Shown in pieces: positions 41,201-53,555 of a stretch of 64,000 nt of DNA. A program made the translations under genes and the position numbers. Origin of the DNA: Eledone cirrhosa (Eukaryota); the NCBI GenBank assembly GCA_964016885.1, contig OZ024742.1, forward strand, positions 316,138,001-316,202,000, read 5' to 3'. The notes beneath the pieces are model-generated. The model made no database searches and was not told the DNA's origin. It saw nothing but the letters and a program-made list of their open reading frames with translations. Positions within the stretch are counted from its first letter, which is position 1. Every line of letters begins with the position of its first letter.

Positions 41201-44200
41201 TTGGTGGTGGTGTTGATGGTGTTGGTGTTGTTGGTGTTGGTGTTGGTGTTGGTGTTGGTATTGGTGATATTGGTGTTGGCGTTGTTGGTGTTGTTGGTGT
41301 TGGTGTTGGTGTTGGTGTTGGTGGTGTTGGTGTTGGTGTTGGTGTTGGTGGTGTTGTTGGTGTTGGTGGTGTTGGTGATGGTGTTGTTGGTGTTGGTGTT
41401 GGTGTTGGTGGTGTTGGTGTTGGTCTGGTTGGTGTTGGTGTTGTTGGTGTTGGTTGTGGTTTTTGTTGGTGTTGTTGGTGTTGGTTGTGGTTTTTGTTGG
41501 TGTTGATGTTGGTGTTGGTGTTGTTGGTGTTGGTGCTGGTGTTGTTGGTGTTTGTGTTGGTCTGGTTGGTGTTGGTGTTGTTGGTGTTGGTGTTGGTGGT
41601 GGTGTTGTTGGTGTTGGTGTTTGTGTTGGTGGTGGTGTTGGTGTTGTTGGTGTCGGTGTTGGTGTTGGTGGTGTTGGTCTGGTTGGTGTTGGTGTTGTTG
41701 GTGTTGGTGTTGGACGTGGTGTTGTTGGTGTTGGCGTTGGTGTTGTTGGTGTTCTTGTTGGTGTTGGTGTTGTTGTTGTTGCTGTTGGTGTTGGTCTGGT
41801 TGGTGCTGGTGTTGGTGTTGGTGGAGGTGTTGGTGTTGGTGTTGGTGTTGGTGGTGGTGTTGGTGTTGGTGTTGGTGTTGTTGGTGGTGTTGGTGGTGGT
41901 GTTGGTGGTGGTGTTGCTGATGTTGGTGTTGGTGTTGGTGCTGTTGGTGTTGGTGTTGGTGTTGGTGTTGTTGGTGTTGGTGTTAGTGTTGGTGGTGTTG
42001 TTGGTGGTGGTGTTGGTGTAGGTGTTCGTGTTGTTGGTGTTGGTGTTGGTGTTGGTGGTGGTGTTGGTGTTGGTGTTGTTGGTGGTGTTGGTGTTGGTTT
42101 TGTTGGTGGTGTTGGTGTTGGTGATGGAGTTGGTGTTGGTGTTGGTGGTGGTGTTGGTGTTGGTGGTGGTGTTGGAGTTGGTGTTGGTGTTGGTGGTGGT
42201 GTTGGTGTTGGTATTGTTGGGGTTGGTTTTGGTGTTGGTGGTGTTGCTGATGTTGTTGGTGTTGTTGTTGTTGGTGGTGGTGGTGTTGTTGGAGTTGCTG
42301 TTGGTATTGTTGGTGTTGGTGTTGGTATTGTTGGTGTTGGTGTTGTTGGTGTTGTTGGTGTTGTTGGTGTTGGTATTGTTGGTATTGGTGTTGGTGTTGT
42401 TGGTGTTGGTGTTGGTCTTGTTGGTGTTGGTGTTGGTATTGTTGGTGTCGGTGTTGGTGTTGTTGGTGTTGTTGGTGTTGGTGTTGTTGGTGTTGGTGGT
42501 GGTGGTGGTGGTGGTGTTGGTGTTGTTGGTGTTGTTGGTGTTCGTGTTGGTATTGTTGGTGTTGGTGTTGTTGGTGGTGGTGGTGTTGTTGTTGGTGTTG
42601 TTGTTGTTGTTGGTGGTGGTGTTGTTGGTGTTGTTGGTGTAGGTGTTGGTGTTGTTGGTGTTGGTGTTGTTGGTGTTGGTGTTGTTGGTGTTGTTTCTGG
42701 TGGTGTTGGTGTTGTTGGTTTTGGTGGTGTTGTTGGTGTTGGTGTTGGTGTTGATGGTGGTGGTGTTGTTGGTGTTGGTGTTGGTGTTGGTGTTGGTGCT
42801 GTTGGTGTTGGTGTTGGTGTTGGTGTTGGTGTTGTTTGTGTTGCTGTTGGTGTTGTTGGTGTTGCTGTTGGTATTGTTGGTGTTCGTGTTGGTGTCGGTA
42901 TTGTTGGTGTTGGTGTTGATGTTGGTGGTGTTGTTGGTGTTGGTGTTGGTGTTGTTGGTTGTGGTGGTGTTGTTGGTGTTTGTGTTGGTCTGGTTGGTGT
43001 TGGTGTTGTTGGTGTTGGTGTTGGTGGTGGTGTTGTTGGTGTTGGTGTTTGTGTTGGTGGTGGTGTTGGTGTTGTTGGTGTCGGTGTTGGTGTTGGTGGT
43101 GTTGGTCTGGTTGGTGTTGGTGTTGTTGGTGTTGGTGTTGGACGTGGTGTTGTTGGTGTTGGCGTTGGTGTTGTTGGTGTTCTTGTTGGTGTTGGTGTTG
43201 TTGTTGTTGCTGTTGGTGTTGGTCTGGTTGGTGCTGGTGTTGGTGTTGGTGGAGGTGTTGGTGTTGGTGTTGGTGTTGGTGGTGGTGTTGGTGTTGGTGT
43301 TGGTGTTGTTGGTGGTGTTGGTGGTGGTGTTGGTGGTGGTGTTGCTGATGTTGGTGTTGGTGTTGGTGCTGTTGGTGTTGGTGTTGGTGTTGGTGTTGTT
43401 GGTGTTGGTGTTAGTGTTGGTGGTGTTGTTGGTGGTGGTGTTGGTGTAGGTGTTCGTGTTGTTGGTGTTGGTGTTGGTGTTGGTGGTGGTGTTGGTGTTG
43501 GTGTTGTTGGTGGTGTTGGTGTTGGTTTTGTTGGTGGTGTTGGTGTTGGTGATGGAGTTGGTGTTGGTGTTGGTGGTGGTGTTGGTGTTGGTGGTGGTGT
43601 TGGAGTTGGTGTTGGTGTTGGTGGTGGTGTTGGTGTTGGTATTGTTGGGGTTGGTTTTGGTGTTGGTGGTGTTGCTGATGTTGTTGGTGTTGTTGTTGTT
43701 GGTGGTGGTGGTGTTGTTGGAGTTGCTGTTGGTATTGTTGGTGTTGGTGTTGGTATTGTTGGTGTTGGTGTTGTTGGTGTTGTTGGTGTTGGTGTTGGTT
43801 GTGGTTTTTGTTGGTGTTGTTGGTGTTGGTTGTGGTTTTTGTTGGTGTTGATGTTGGTGTTGGTGTTGTTGGTGTTGGTGCTGGTGTTGTTGGTGTTTGT
43901 GTTGGTCTGGTTGGTATTGGTGTTGTTGTTGTCGGTGGTGTTGGTGTTGGTGTTGGTGTTGGTGTTGGTGTTGGTGGTGTTGTTGGTGTTGGTGTTGGTG
44001 GTGGTGTTGGTGTTGTTGGTGGTGTTGGTGTTGGTGTTGGTGTTGGTGTTGGACGTGGTGTTGTTGGTGTTGGCGTTGGTGTTGTTGGTGTTCTTGTTGG
44101 TGTTGGTGTTGTTGTTGTTGCTGTTGGTGTTGGTCTGGTTGGTGCTGGTGTTGGTGTTGGTGGAGGTGTTGGTGTTGGACGTGGTGTTGTTGGTGTTGGC

Positions 44201-46170
44201 GTTGGTGTTGTTGGTGTTCTTGTTGGTGTTGGTGTTGTTGTTGTTGCTGTTGGTGTTGGTCTGGTTGGTGCTGGTGTTGGTGCTGTTGGTGTTGGTGTTG
44301 GTGTTGTTGCTGTTGGTGTTGGTCTGGTTGGTGGTGTTGTTGGTGTTGGTGTTGGTGGTGGTGTTGGTGTTGGTGGTGTTGCTGGTGTTGGTGTTAGGGT
44401 TGCTGTTGGTGTTGGTGGTGGTGTTGGTGTTGGTGGTGGTGTTCGTGTTGGTGGTGATGTTGGTGTTGGTGTTGGTGTTGGTGTTGGTGCTGGTGTTGGT
44501 GTTGGTGTTGGTGTTGCTGTTGGTAGTGGTGGTGTAGGTGTTGGTGGTGGTGTTGGTGGTGGTGCTAGTGTTGGTGTTGGTGTTGGTGTTGGTGTTGTTG
44601 TTGGTGTTGGTGGTGTTGGTGTTTGTGTTGGTGTTGGTGTTGGTGGTGGTGTTGGTGGTGGTGCTAGTGTTGGTGTTGGTGTTGGTGTTGGTGTTGCTGT
44701 TGCTGTTGGTGGTGGTGGTGTAGGTGTTGGTGGTTGTGTTGGTGGTGGTGTTGGTGGTGGTGCTAATGTTGGTGTTGGTGTTGGTGTTGTTGTTGCTGTT
44801 GGTGGTGTTGGTGTTTGTGTTGGTTTTTGGTGTTGGTGTTGGTTTTGGTGTTAGTGTTGGTGTTGGTGTTGCTGTTGGTGTTTTTGGTATTGGTGTTGGT
44901 GGTGGTGTTGGTGTTGGTGGTGTTGGTGTTGGTGGTGTTGGTGTTTGTGTTGGTGTTGGTCTTGGTGGTGGTGTTGGTGATGGTGTTAGTGTTGGTGTTG
45001 GTGGTGGTGTTGGTGTTGGTGTTTGTGTTGGTGTTGGTGGTGGTGTTGGTATTGCTGGTGTTGTTGGTGGTGGTGTTGGCGTTGGTGGTGGTGTTGATGT
45101 TGGTGTTGGTGTTGGTGTTGCTGGTGTTATTGGTGGTGTTTGTGTTGGTGTTGGTGTTGTTGGTGGTGGTTGTGTTGGTGTTGTTGGTGTTGGTGTTGGT
45201 ATTGCTGGTGTTGGTGTTGGTGTTGTTGTTGTTGGTGTTGTTGGTGTTGCTGTTGTTGGTGTTGGTGTCGTTGGTGTTGGTGTTGGTATTGTTGGTGTTG
45301 GTGTTGGTGTTGTTGTTGTTGGTGTTGTTGGTGCTGGCGTTGTTGGTGTTGGTGTTGGTGTTGTTGGTGTTGGTGTTGCTGTTGTTGGTGTTGGTGTTGG
45401 TGTTGTTGGTGTTGGTGTTGGTATTGTTGGTGTTGGTGTTGGTGTTGTTGGTGTTGCTGGTGTTGGTGTCGTTGGTGTTGTTGGTGTTGGTATTGTCGGC
45501 GTTGGTGTTGTTGGTGTTGGGGTTTTTGCTGTTGGCGTTGGTGTTGGTATTGTTGGTGTTGGTGTTGGTGTTCGTAGTGTTGTTGGTGTTGGTGTTGTTG
45601 TTGTTGGTGGTGGTGGTGTTGTTGGTGTTGGTGTTGTTGGTGTTGGTGTTGGTGTTGTTGGTGTTGTTGGTGTTGCTGTTGGTATTGTTGTTGTTGGTGT
45701 TGGTGTTGTTGGTGTTGTTGGTGTTGGTGTTGTTGGTGTTGTTGGTGTTAGTATTGTCGGCGTTGGTGTTGTTGGTGTTGGTGTTTGTGTTGTTGGTGTT
45801 GGTGTTGGTATTGTTGGTGTTGGTGTTGGTGTTGTTGGTGTTGTTGGTGTTGGTGTTGGTGTTGTTGTTGTTGGTGGTGGTGGTGTTGTTGGTGTTGTTG
45901 GTGTTGGTGTTGGTATTGTTGGTGTTGGTGTTGGTGTTGGTGGTGTTGTTGGTGTTGGTGTTGTTGGTGGTGGTGGTGTTGTTGGTGTTGGTGTTGTTGT
46001 TGTTGTTGGTGTTGTTGGTGTTGGTGTTGGTGTTGGTGTTGTTGGTGGTGTTGGTGGTGGTGTTTGTGTTGGTGTTGGTGTTGGTGTTGGTGTTGGTGTT
46101 GGTTTTGGTGTTGGTGTTGGTGTTGGTGTTGGTGGTGGTGTTGGTGTTGGTGTTGGTGTTGGTTTTGGTG
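25130..46170. repeat. ~21 kb GGT/GTT compound triplet array with higher-order duplications
   Basis: + strand almost only G and T in 3-nt register; repeat units of 93, 120, ~150, ~750, 1349, 1428 and ~1710 bp are visible from marker variants. Confidence 0.98.
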
Positions 46171-46306
46171 TTATGCATTAATAATCGTTGAATAACCACC
46201 TTTCTGTACTTTCAAAATATGTGCATCGCAGGATGAGGTAATGGAATAAAATGATGATAAATATGTGATATCGTATATATATATTCACGCGCGCGCACAC
46301 ACATAT

Positions 46307-46317
46307 ACAACAACCCC

Positions 46318-46379
<62 letters not shown>

Positions 46380-46390
46380 GGGGTTGTTGC
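46307..46390. repeat. (TA)n flanked by inverted CAACAACCCCCC / GGGGGGGTTGTTG
   Basis: Direct reading. Confidence 0.85.
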
Positions 46391-46496
46391 AGGTTTTGAT
46401 CATTAGACAACGATCATATATCAACGTAATTCCACATAGATACTGTCTACTTAATTTCACTCGCAAGGCGCTGGTCAATACACACACACACAGCAC

Positions 46497-46593
<97 letters not shown>

Positions 46594-46723
46594 AAGTGCA
46601 AAAATCAACTCTATACGTGTTCTTCAAAAGTAAGCAATGCTATCTTCAAAGTGGAGCCTACTACTACAATGGCTAATTCACACTGCGACAGTGGGTTCCT
46701 AATTGACTTGTTCCAAGGAGGCT

Positions 46724-46810
46724 AATTCCTCGCTGATGAAGCTGCTCTTAGCCGATTACGTAATGCTTAATAGCATAAACCTAATTTATAATTTCTGTCG
46801 GGCAGTAACT
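46724..46810 (+). ncRNA. Truncated hammerhead-like relic
   Basis: AATTCCTCG-CTGATGA(46733-46739)-A-GCTGCTC...GGGCAGT then AACT instead of GAAA; the 5' flank resembles that of the intact copy (AATTCTCTCG-CTGATGA). Confidence 0.35.
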
Positions 46811-46968
46811 ATTTTCCATATATATGCACACGCACACACGCACGCACACTCACGCACGCACGCACGCGCGCACACACGCACGCGCGCACACACGCACGCG
46901 CGCACACACGCACGCGCGCACACACATACACCCCCCCCCCACACACACATATATATAATATATATATA

Positions 46969-47040
<72 letters not shown>

Positions 47041-47615
47041 AAGTGTTTCCTGCAGAATTCTCTCTGTGCGGAACTGTCGGAATACGCCTTCTATGATACA
47101 CAACTCAACTTCAATAAAGAATTTATATTGTATAATTATAATTTATGGCACGTTTACTTTATTATTGAACCATGTATATTATTGAACCATGTATTTAATG
47201 TGTTAGTCAGGTTTGCTCTGTGGTTTCTATGAATGAAATTAAACCTAATGGCGAATTATAGTAAAGCATATATTCGTTTGTTGTTTTGTATAACCAAAGT
47301 GCCAAAACGCAAGATTTGGTTGAATGCCAATTATTTCTTTACACGTATGTGTAAGCATATTTATTGCCATATAATATATAATTAATGCATTCTGAGTTTA
47401 AATTCCGCTGAGGTGTATTTTACCTATTATATTTTCTAAGTCAATAAATGAAGTACCAGTCGAGTTCTGAGGTCGATACTAAAGACACGTTTAATGTCAC
47501 AACGGCACACCAATTTATTTAGGAGATAAAGAATGGATAAAGAATGGATATAATCAATTTACCCTTTTTTGCAATCTCAATTTTTTAAAATCTCAATTTA
47601 ATAATTTCAAATAAT

Positions 47616-47831
47616 GGTTTCTAGTATAGGCACAAGGCCAGTAATTTTGGGGTAGGGGGTAGTCGATTAAATCGACACCAGTGCATGACTGGTACTTTAT
47701 TTTATCGACCCCGTAAGGATGAAAGGCAAAGTTAACCTCGACGGGATTTGAACTCAGATCATAAAGGGCTGTAACTCTATGCTGAAAAGCATGGCCTCAA
47801 ACCCTCTACCGATACTGCCAATTCACCGCCC
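47616..47831 (-). mobile_element. Nin/Deu-domain SINE
   Basis: Full-length consensus match with TSD-like TAATAATTT(C/G)AAATAAT. Confidence 0.92.
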
Positions 47832-47993
47832 TAATAATTTGAAATAATATAATATAATTTGAAATAATACAATATAGTACTTCTCCAAACGTGTTTAAAT
47901 TTATTGGAATCTGCAAATTAAACCTTTCTGATCATACCAAACTTTCATGAGCATGTTTACAATTAAAACTAAATATGTTTTCTTTATATATAA

Positions 47994-48848
47994 CTAGCAG
48001 TAAAGCCCGGCGTTGCTCGGGGTCGCTCAGTAGCTGTGTTAAAGTTACAATGTTAAGTTTCTTTCTTGGCTTAAAAACTGTAGTGTCTACTGTGCAGATT
48101 TGCATGTGGTGTTTTTGATTAATATTCCCTCAACCAACAATATGCCTTATGAAGTTAAGAAAACATAACGATAACCCAAATGTTATAACAAAAGAGGATG
48201 CTGGGGATAGAAACTGCACTGGTTATTTATTAACAAAGATCGAAAATGTAAACACTGCAACGCAGAGAAAAACATTAGCGTAACCAAATTATCAGTTATG
48301 TCTGTCTGCACGCCTATATCACCTCTCTGCACGACTGTCTGTCTGCACGCCTATATCACCTCTCTGCACGACTGTCTGTCTGCACGCGTATATCACCTCT
48401 CTGCACGACTGTCTGTCTGCACGACTGTCTGTCTGCACGCCTAACGACGAAATATTTGCTTGTTTTACGTAGTCTTTAAATAGACTTGTTTTCAAGTAAA
48501 AATATTGTTTTAAAATGCTTTTAAATGGAAATGAAGCAAAACGGAAGCTTCGTGTATTGTGTTAATGTCATTTTAAACGCTGAGAAAGCCAGCGTAATTT
48601 TTTACGTAAGACGCTTAATGTAAACAGAACAAAGGGAAATAACTGATAACTTACGCTCAAAAATCGATACATTATATTCGATTTCGTCACATAGGGTGGG
48701 TCAATTTGAAATTTTTTTTTCCGATGTCTTCGCTAGGGCTCAATGTACAAGTATAGCAATTTCGGTGCAATTCCGTGAGAGATTCTAAGAGGAGATGTGT
48801 GCCCAAAATCGATAGACAGACAGATAACCACAGTTTTATATATATAGA
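47994..48848 (-). mobile_element. Non-autonomous Helitron
   Basis: Minus strand starts A|TCTATATATATAAAAC, ends CCCGAGCAACGCCGGG hairpin + CTAG|T, with no TSD. Confidence 0.85.
48299..48441. repeat. 37-bp minisatellite x3 plus 16-bp subunits inside the Helitron
   Basis: TGTCTGTCTGCACGCCTATATCACCTCTCTGCACGAC repeated. Confidence 0.95.
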
Positions 48849-49403
48849 TTACATATATCAAACTGAACCAGAAAAGTAAAAGAAAATATCGGTGGAATGG
48901 GGATATTTACATTAGTAGCGGAAAAAAATAATTATGAACCGATATTCCGTTTTACGTCTTAATTTATTACTCAAATGACTTAAGTAGCATTAATGGTACA
49001 CATCAGTCATATGTTCACAACAACATGAATTTCCGTAAATATATTCTCTGATTGGTATAAAGTCCATTTGAATTCCTCAGCATGAACATAACTTAAAACT
49101 GACCATGGGAAAGCAAAGTAGCAAAATTTAATTCTTTCATTTATTAGGGATGAATTTTCAATTCAAAATGAACAATATATACTTGTTGCTACTAGAGTAT
49201 GAACATTCTTGGCACAGCTACAAATGAAAAAACATTCTATTTTGCATGTTTTGGAATTCATTTCAGTTATCATTGAGTAAGATAGTCTGTGGCAAGGTAT
49301 CGCAATAACATAGGCGCACAAAACATACTGTGGTGATGTGATTTCCTAAAATTATTAGTGTGTGGTGCCTCTGTGTAGCTGCCTCTGTGTATCTGCATGT
49401 GCG

Positions 49404-49575
<172 letters not shown>

Positions 49576-49844
49576 CATGTATACATATACAGTCATATGC
49601 ACAGATGCCGGAAAGTATAGTGTTGCGCAGCATAGACCACCGGGGGAACACAAACACGTCTAAAGCAAATTTATATAGCATTTTATTTTGTTTTGGTTTA
49701 TAAGTAACATCTGCTTGAACAATAAGTATCTAGTTTTGATGTGAGAATATCAATTCTGGATATGTTCTGCTGAATTGGTAAACTTTGGCAACGCAAGCTA
49801 ATGTCTCCCAATAACTTTTAAGGGTTTTCGGCAGAGCTGTACTG

Positions 49845-50797
49845 CTAGAGAACGGGCTGCAGGTGACGGATGGCAATACGGCCACTAGATATGATGGTTT
49901 TCTGCGTCAAGGGTTCATGCTGCCATCTCTCCTGTTAATAATTTTCATGACCAGGTTGACATGTGTTGCCGGGCTGGAAGTAATATCATAACTGGTGAGT
50001 GTAGGATCGGTCGGCTGGAATTTGCAGACAACATGGTATTACTTAAATCGTAAGAAGGTGATCTCCGACATGCACTTGCTAGGTTTTATGCCGAGTGCTG
50101 CACCGCTGGAATGAAAATCAATGCCGCAAAGACTGAGACACTCTTCTTCTCAAAGATGCCTACTCAGAGAATTGAGTTCCACTGATGCAGGTGGAAAAGT
50201 TCAAGAATCTCGGGGCTGTGTTCACGAGTGATGGAAAGCAGGTGGATGCAGTAATACGCCAGTTTCAACATTCAGTAAGCAGAAGAAGAGGTTTAGTGGT
50301 AAACTCCAAACTCACCATGATCATTTATGGTCATGAATCTTGGATAATGACAGAAAGAATTCGATCGCAAATACAAGCAGCCAAAATGGGGTTACTTCGA
50401 AAAGTAACGTTACTCGATAGAGTACGTAACTCGGAGATCAGAGAATCGTTTCAGATAGAGCTACTACTTCTCCGAACTGAGAGATACAACTCTGATATTA
50501 CAGGCACGTGGTTAGATTCTCGCAGGAAAGAATCGCTGGACAGATTTTACGGGCACAAAACCAACCGGTAGGAGACCCAAGCGTAAATTACGAGCAAGAT
50601 GGTTGGATAACATCCATGAGATTGGCTGGTCTCACTTAGGGATCCAACCGGATCAGTTGGAGACGGTTGCCTGTAACAGGACCCTCTGGAAGGAGTGACT
50701 GAGGACTCTTCACCCTCGACCCTCTCAAAAATAAGTGGGAGAAGAAGAAGAAGAAGAAGAAGAAGAAGAAGAAGAAGAAGAAGAAGAAGAAGAAGAA
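49845..50797 (+). mobile_element. Decayed RTE-clade LINE (RT C-terminal half, 3' end, (GAA)n tail)
   Basis: LEFADNMVLL (FADD motif), AGMKINAAKTE, QVEKFKNLGAVFTSDGK, YGHESWIMTERIRSQIQAAKMGLLR, LLDRVRNSEIRE; stops and frameshifts present. Confidence 0.88.
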
Positions 50798-52398
50798 CAA
50801 CAACAACAACAACAACAACAACAGCAGCAACAACTTCCATTGGCTTTCAGTTTAGTCAACAATAAGTGTGTAGCGGTTTTTGAAAAATAGTATAAAATGA
50901 TGTTCTTAATTAATTTAGTGATTTTTCCAATGTCCTGGTAGTAAAGAAAATGTTTATCATTTCCTCTAATCAATAAATTGCACTTAATTTGCATCCCTAA
51001 AGAAAAAATAATTATAAATCGATAATTATTCTTCTAATACGCCGAACCGAAACAACGTGGACGAAAGCGATGTTATTCTGTTTGAGTCTACAATGAAGTT
51101 TCTGTAACCAGTGCAACCAGTTGTTAGGAATCACTCTAGCCACTCGACAGTGTGTCCATCATGGTATTTCAGTGGGTTTTTGAAATACATGTTGGTGCCC
51201 ATCTCCTATCCAAATGTTTAGTCGCTTTCTAAGTTTAGCCTGCTTGCAGAATCTGTTACTGCAGTATGGTTGCAAAATGTTCTGGTGCCAAAGGTGATAA
51301 CCAGTTGGCACCCTCGTTTCAAGATAAGGTTTCTTTAAGGAAACAAAAATGACAACTAGAACACACTTGAATATGAAAAATCTTAGAGAAGAATATTTTT
51401 ACATTTTCGATATGTATAATAAAAAAAGGGCTTTATTTGTTTCATAATCACGTAATTTATCGACTATTAAAAGCAGGTGAAGTACATACAATTGTAGAAA
51501 ACTTAATAAATTGTCGTGTAAAATATTTGGTGACATGAATGTTAGACAAAGACACATAAACAACGTTGATAATTACCACTTTCTCATAGCCCAGTTTCAA
51601 GAGTATTCAAGAATTGCAAACGTTTTTTTTTAAACAGATAATAAGACGTATTAAAATAAACTCACCAATATCTCTTCAAATGGATAAAGACATTGCTGCT
51701 GTAGCAGTTTTGCTAGTGTTTTACACTATATTTATGAATGCATCATTAAAAAGGGTAAAATATTAATCTGACAATCTTTGGAGATTCTTGTTCTCTTAGA
51801 GAAAATAACAAATGTCGCACATTCTAGCAGATCGGGTGACTCTCAGGGTCGTATTTGTATGATTTATTCGAATATTTGAAATGATAATGACTGTGGTGAT
51901 ATAGTGTTGGTATGTTTAATGTGTTATGGCATTGGTTTTGGATTTATGAAGTCTCTTGTAGCATCTATAGCAACTATCTATTACTATATACACGAGTCAA
52001 GCCTTATGAATGTACACATTTTCACGGACGGACATTACATATAATTCAGTGTTAGCTTTGTCAAACGCTCCTTCACGTTGATTCTGTATGAGAACTGTAT
52101 AAGGAATACACGTGTCTGTGGAAAGTTCAGCCATTTTCACATCAATGCCGCAATTTGACAGTTCAGTTGACTGTATAACTGGGTCATTAACCGTTAAAAC
52201 TGACATACCAGCTATTTAATTTGATGGAAAAGATGTTTACATGTCTTTGAAGTGGTGGATTTAGTGGGAATTGTTGTAGTGCTGTTTGTGAGATGTGCCT
52301 TTGTGTGTGTATCTCCATCGATGTATGCGTGTGAGTAAGTTTGAATGTGTGCACGAGTGTGAAATTAAATACGTAATTAAATACGCAATACAACTTAC

Positions 52399-52482
52399 AC
52401 AATACAAACTAAAGGCAACCATCACCCAACAAAATAACATAACACACACAGCGCTTATTTTATACAACGAACAGATGGATCA
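52399..52482 (-). CDS. Candidate first coding exon encoding a signal-peptide-like MLFCWVMVAFSLYC (ATG at 52440)
   Basis: Strong acceptor TTTATTTTCTTGTTTCTGGTGTTATTTTAG| at 52483, in-frame upstream TGA, ATG, 14 mostly hydrophobic codons, phase-0 donor |GTAAGT at 52398-52393. Confidence 0.4.
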
Positions 52483-52640
52483 CTAAAATAACACCAGAAA
52501 CAAGAAAATAAATAGTTGTAACAGACAAACGAGAATCTACCACTGCAAAAGTCTATGCTGTAGAAACGACAAGAACACGCTGGTGGACTTGGCGGTGTAG
52601 TAGAAACGTACATAAAACTGTTGAAAACCTGAGTAATAAT

Positions 52641-52856
52641 TGTTTATACTTTAGGCACAAGGCCAGCAATTTGAAGGGGAAGGGAAAGTCGATTAAATCG
52701 ACTCCAGTACACTACTGGTACTTTATTTTATCAATCCTTTAAGGATGAAAGGCGAAGCTAACCTCGGCGGGATTTGAACTCAGATCGCAAAGGGCCCTAA
52801 CTCTATGCTGCGAAGCATGTTGTCCGACGCTCTATCGTTACTGCTAATTTACTGCC
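52641..52856 (-). mobile_element. Nin/Deu-domain SINE
   Basis: Consensus match; TSD CTGAGTAATAAT. Confidence 0.92.
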
Positions 52857-53555
52857 CTGAGTAATAATATTTATGATTTTTATTTTAGACACAAGGCCAG
52901 CAATTAAATTGACCTAATACATCCTTCGTGGATAAATGAAATAAAATACCAGTATAGTACTGTAGTCGATTTAATCGACTTCCCCTCACCACAACATTTC
53001 TAGCCTTGTATCTAAATTAGAAATCTTTAATATTATAATGCTCCTATTGTCTGACAACCGCCACCGTTGATTGTCACAGTTTCTGTGATTTAAGATTCCA
53101 TTCATAACTTCTATAAAATACTACGAAACATGCAGTTTCAAGTGAGACATTTGAGAAGATGATTTACTATCAATTACGATTAGTATTATTCACTGAGCAG
53201 CATATTCTCGTATGGATTTGCAGTAAAACTCTATCTCTTATACAATAAAAAAAAATACTGTAATACCATAAATGGACGTATTTGATATTGCTGACTAACA
53301 ACATTCAATATGCTCATTTCGTGCAAGAAACTTCCGGTGTTATCTAGTAATTTATGTACTGCGAGGTCACTACTGAAATATTATTTTTCTCTTGCAATCA
53401 TACACGTCCACATAAACGGATGTTCGTGCATACAAAGAACACATTCATGTTAATAAATTTAAATGCATGCATTACATTATACACACGCACACACACAGAC
53501 ACAGACACAGACACAGACACACATGCACACACAAGAGAGGTGTCAGAAAAGTAAC

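Noticed and set aside
25130-46170. Telomeric or interstitial telomeric repeat
   Set aside because: No TTAGGG runs; 3-nt register with unique sequence on both sides
25129-46195. Plus-strand Leu/Val and Trp/Cys ORFs in the array
   Set aside because: Alternative registers of the same triplet repeat; repeatedly interrupted by TAG/TGA, start at GTG/TTG, implausible composition
49011-49090. Minus-strand CTGAGGA...GAAA with a possible stem I
   Set aside because: Stems II and III do not form and the cleavage-site register is wrong
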